This document shows, in pieces, positions 16,126 through 17,927 of a stretch of 17,927 nt of DNA (within the stretch, counting starts at the first letter, position 1; the number at the start of each line of letters is the position of its first letter). The stretch is from a virus (Duplodnaviria > Heunggongvirae > Uroviricota > Caudoviricetes). The notes under the pieces are model-generated. The model made no database searches, was not told the DNA's origin, and saw nothing but the letters and a program-made list of their open reading frames with translations. A program made the translations under genes and the position numbers. The stretch lies in the IMG/VR virus record IMGVR_UViG_2585427748_000008, positions 1-17,927 of that record; one strand, given 5' to 3'.

Positions 16126-16285
16126 TAACCCATTTCAACGAGAAAATCCTATGTCAGAAATAAAATCGCTGGTCACTGCTGAGGCAGTGAAGGAAGTTCT
16201 GCGCTCTGAAGAAGTCCGGAGCGCACTGAAACGTAACCGGCTCATTTAAACCGTCTGGTCTGTTTCCTCCGGCTCTACAAAAATA

Positions 16286-16963
16286 ATGTCCATCATTTTT
16301 AATGGACACTATCGTATGAAACACCGGACCTGGATCACTGAAGCTTTACGTCTTCACTTTGAAGAACATTTACCCCGGGTTGTGGCCGGGCGTCGCCTGG
16401 GTGTACCAAAATCAACAGTTTGTAGTATGTTCGTGCGCTTTCGGAGAGCTGGCCTTTCGTGGCCTTTGCCCGCAGGCATGTCGGAGCAGGAACTTGATGC
16501 CTGCCTTTACGGACAATTTTCCACGGTACCAGTCGTACGTCCTGAAAGCACCGTTATATCCGAAGCCCCCGTGGTAAAAAAACGTCCCCGGCGGCCCAAC
16601 TTCCCTTATGAGTTTAAAATCGCCTTAGTGGAGCAGTCACTGCAGCCCGGAGCCTGTGTGGCGCAGATCGCCCGGGAAAACGGAATCAACGATAACCTGC
16701 TCTTCAACTGGCGCCATCAATACCGGAAAGGTGGCCTGCTGCCTTCCGGAAAAAATATGCCGGCACTGCTTCCCGTGACGTTAACGCCGGAGCCGGATAA
16801 TAAAATCCCGGCCCCCGCACAGGAACCAGAGCAGATAAATACACCGTCCGACAGTCTGTGTTGTGAGCTGGTTCTGCCGGCCGGAACTCTCAGGCTTAAA
16901 GGTAAACTGACGCCGGCGTTATTACAGACACTTATCCGCGAAATAAAAGGGAGCAGCCACTGA
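16286..16963 (+). CDS. tnpA: IS66-family accessory protein TnpA (orf1)
   Basis: 225-aa ORF (alternative ATG at 16316) with HTH-like segment (RRLGVPKSTVCSMFVRFRRAGL); immediately precedes and overlaps the tnpB start. Confidence 0.8.
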   Translation: MSIIFNGHYRMKHRTWITEALRLHFEEHLPRVVAGRRLGVPKSTVCSMFVRFRRAGLSWPLPAGMSEQELDACLYGQFSTVPVVRPESTVISEAPVVKKRPRRPNFPYEFKIALVEQSLQPGACVAQIARENGINDNLLFNWRHQYRKGGLLPSGKNMPALLPVTLTPEPDNKIPAPAQEPEQINTPSDSLCCELVLPAGTLRLKGKLTPALLQTLIREIKGSSH

Positions 16964-17310
16964 TGATATCTCTCCCTGCAGGTTCGCGTATCTGGCTGGT
17001 TGCAGGTATCACCGATATGCGAAATGGCTTTAACGGCCTGGCATCAAAAGTTCAGAACGTCCTGAAGGATGACCCGTTCTCCGGACACCTGTTCATCTTC
17101 CGCGGACGCCGGGGTGACCAGATAAAAGTGTTGTGGGCTGACAGTGACGGACTGTGCCTCTTCACCAAACGCCTGGAGCGGGGCCGCTTCGTCTGGCCAG
17201 TCACCCGTGACGGCAAGGTGCACCTTACTCCGGCTCAGTTATCCATGCTTCTTGAAGGTATCAACTGGAAGCACCCGAAACGAACGGAACGCGCTGGAAT
17301 CCGCATATAA
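16963..17310 (+). CDS. tnpB: IS66-family TnpB (orf2)
   Basis: 115-aa ORF MISLPAGSRIWLVAGITDMRNGFNGLA...; size and sequence pattern typical of IS66 Orf2 (from memory); start overlaps the tnpA stop. Confidence 0.9.
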   Translation: MISLPAGSRIWLVAGITDMRNGFNGLASKVQNVLKDDPFSGHLFIFRGRRGDQIKVLWADSDGLCLFTKRLERGRFVWPVTRDGKVHLTPAQLSMLLEGINWKHPKRTERAGIRI

Positions 17311-17329
17311 CCCGTTGTAAAGTGAGGAT

Positions 17330-17927
17330 ATGGACACCTCACTTGCTCATGAGAACGCCCGCCTGCGGGCACTGTTGCAGACGCAACAGGACACCATCCG
17401 CCAGATGGCTGAATACAACCGCCTGCTCTCACAGCGGGTGGCGGCTTATGCTTCCGAAATCAACCGGCTGAAGGCGCTGGTTGCGAAACTGCAACGTATG
17501 CAGTTCGGTAAAAGCTCAGAAAAACTTCGTGCAAAAACCGAACGGCAGATACAGGAAGCACAGGAGCGAATCAGCGCACTTCAGGAAGAAATGGCGGAAA
17601 CGCTGGGTGAGCAATATGACCCGGTACTGCCATCCGCCCTGCGCCAGTCTTCAGCCCGTAAACCGTTACCGGCCTCACTTCCCCGTGAAACCCGGGTTAT
17701 CCGGCCGGAAGAGGAATGCTGTCCTGCCTGTGGTGGTGAACTCAGTTCTCTGGGATGTGATGTGTCAGAGCAACTGGAGCTTATCAGCAGCGCCTTTAAG
17801 GTTATCGAAACACAACGTCCGAAACAGGCCTGTTGCCGGTGCGACCATATCGTGCAGGCACCAGTACCTTCAAAACCCATTGCACGCAGTTATGCCGGAG
17901 CGGGGCTTCTGGCCCATGTTGTCACCG
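17330..17927 (+). CDS. tnpC: IS66-family transposase TnpC, N-terminal part only (runs off the window end)
   Basis: ATG preceded by GAGGA; open frame to the window end (MDTSLAHENARLRALLQ...; coiled-coil-like N-terminus then CPACGGEL...CCRC zinc-finger-like motif); absent from the ORF track because no stop lies in the window. Confidence 0.85.
   Translation, partial: MDTSLAHENARLRALLQTQQDTIRQMAEYNRLLSQRVAAYASEINRLKALVAKLQRMQFGKSSEKLRAKTERQIQEAQERISALQEEMAETLGEQYDPVLPSALRQSSARKPLPASLPRETRVIRPEEECCPACGGELSSLGCDVSEQLELISSAFKVIETQRPKQACCRCDHIVQAPVPSKPIARSYAGAGLLAHVVT

Larger units (their letters stand above)
16233..17927 (+). mobile_element. IS66-family insertion sequence, left part (tnpA-tnpB-tnpC organisation), truncated by the window end
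   Basis: Characteristic three-ORF arrangement with tnpA/tnpB overlap and a 19-nt gap before tnpC; left end tentatively placed at GTAA (16233) ~50-80 bp upstream of tnpA; right end lies outside the window. Confidence 0.7.

Noticed and set aside
15796-17927. Lysis cassette (holin, endolysin, Rz) downstream of nanS-p
   Set aside because: No such ORFs in the window; the region is taken up by a small ORF and the IS66-family element.
1-17927. CRISPR array, reverse transcriptase/retron, or integrase with attachment site
   Set aside because: No regularly spaced repeat-spacer structure, no reverse-transcriptase-like ORF, and no integrase gene in the window. The direct repeats found are the in-gene iterons and short regulatory repeats described above.

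Overview
The window reads as a segment of a lambdoid prophage with Stx-phage-like architecture in an enterobacterial (E. coli-like) genome. All calls come from reading the sequence and ORF track; no database search or folding was run, and family names are from remembered motifs. Left to right: a leftward early operon (partial gene at the window edge, a 120-aa gene, then a ~600-nt ORF-poor structured leader); the immunity region (autocleavable cI-like repressor, operator region, Cro-like gene); a translationally coupled rightward early operon (CII/YdaT-like, Rha-family, O-like replication protein with in-gene iterons, PerC-like regulator, Dam-type methyltransferase, LexA-N-like, RusA, KilA-N, DUF968-like, Q antiterminator). 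Immediately at the 3' end of Q sits an AT-rich two-gene cassette on the opposite strand (zinc-ribbon/NdpA-like protein plus predicted membrane protein), which I flag as the best candidate for an uncharacterised defence or abortive-infection module. Downstream are a FaeA/PapI-like and an AraC-family regulator, three tRNAs (anticodons CAT, TCG, TCT), a ~490-bp hairpin-rich non-coding interval where Stx phages carry stxAB, the NanS-p esterase, and an IS66-family element cut off by the window end. No stx genes, lysis genes, CRISPR array or integrase are present in the window.
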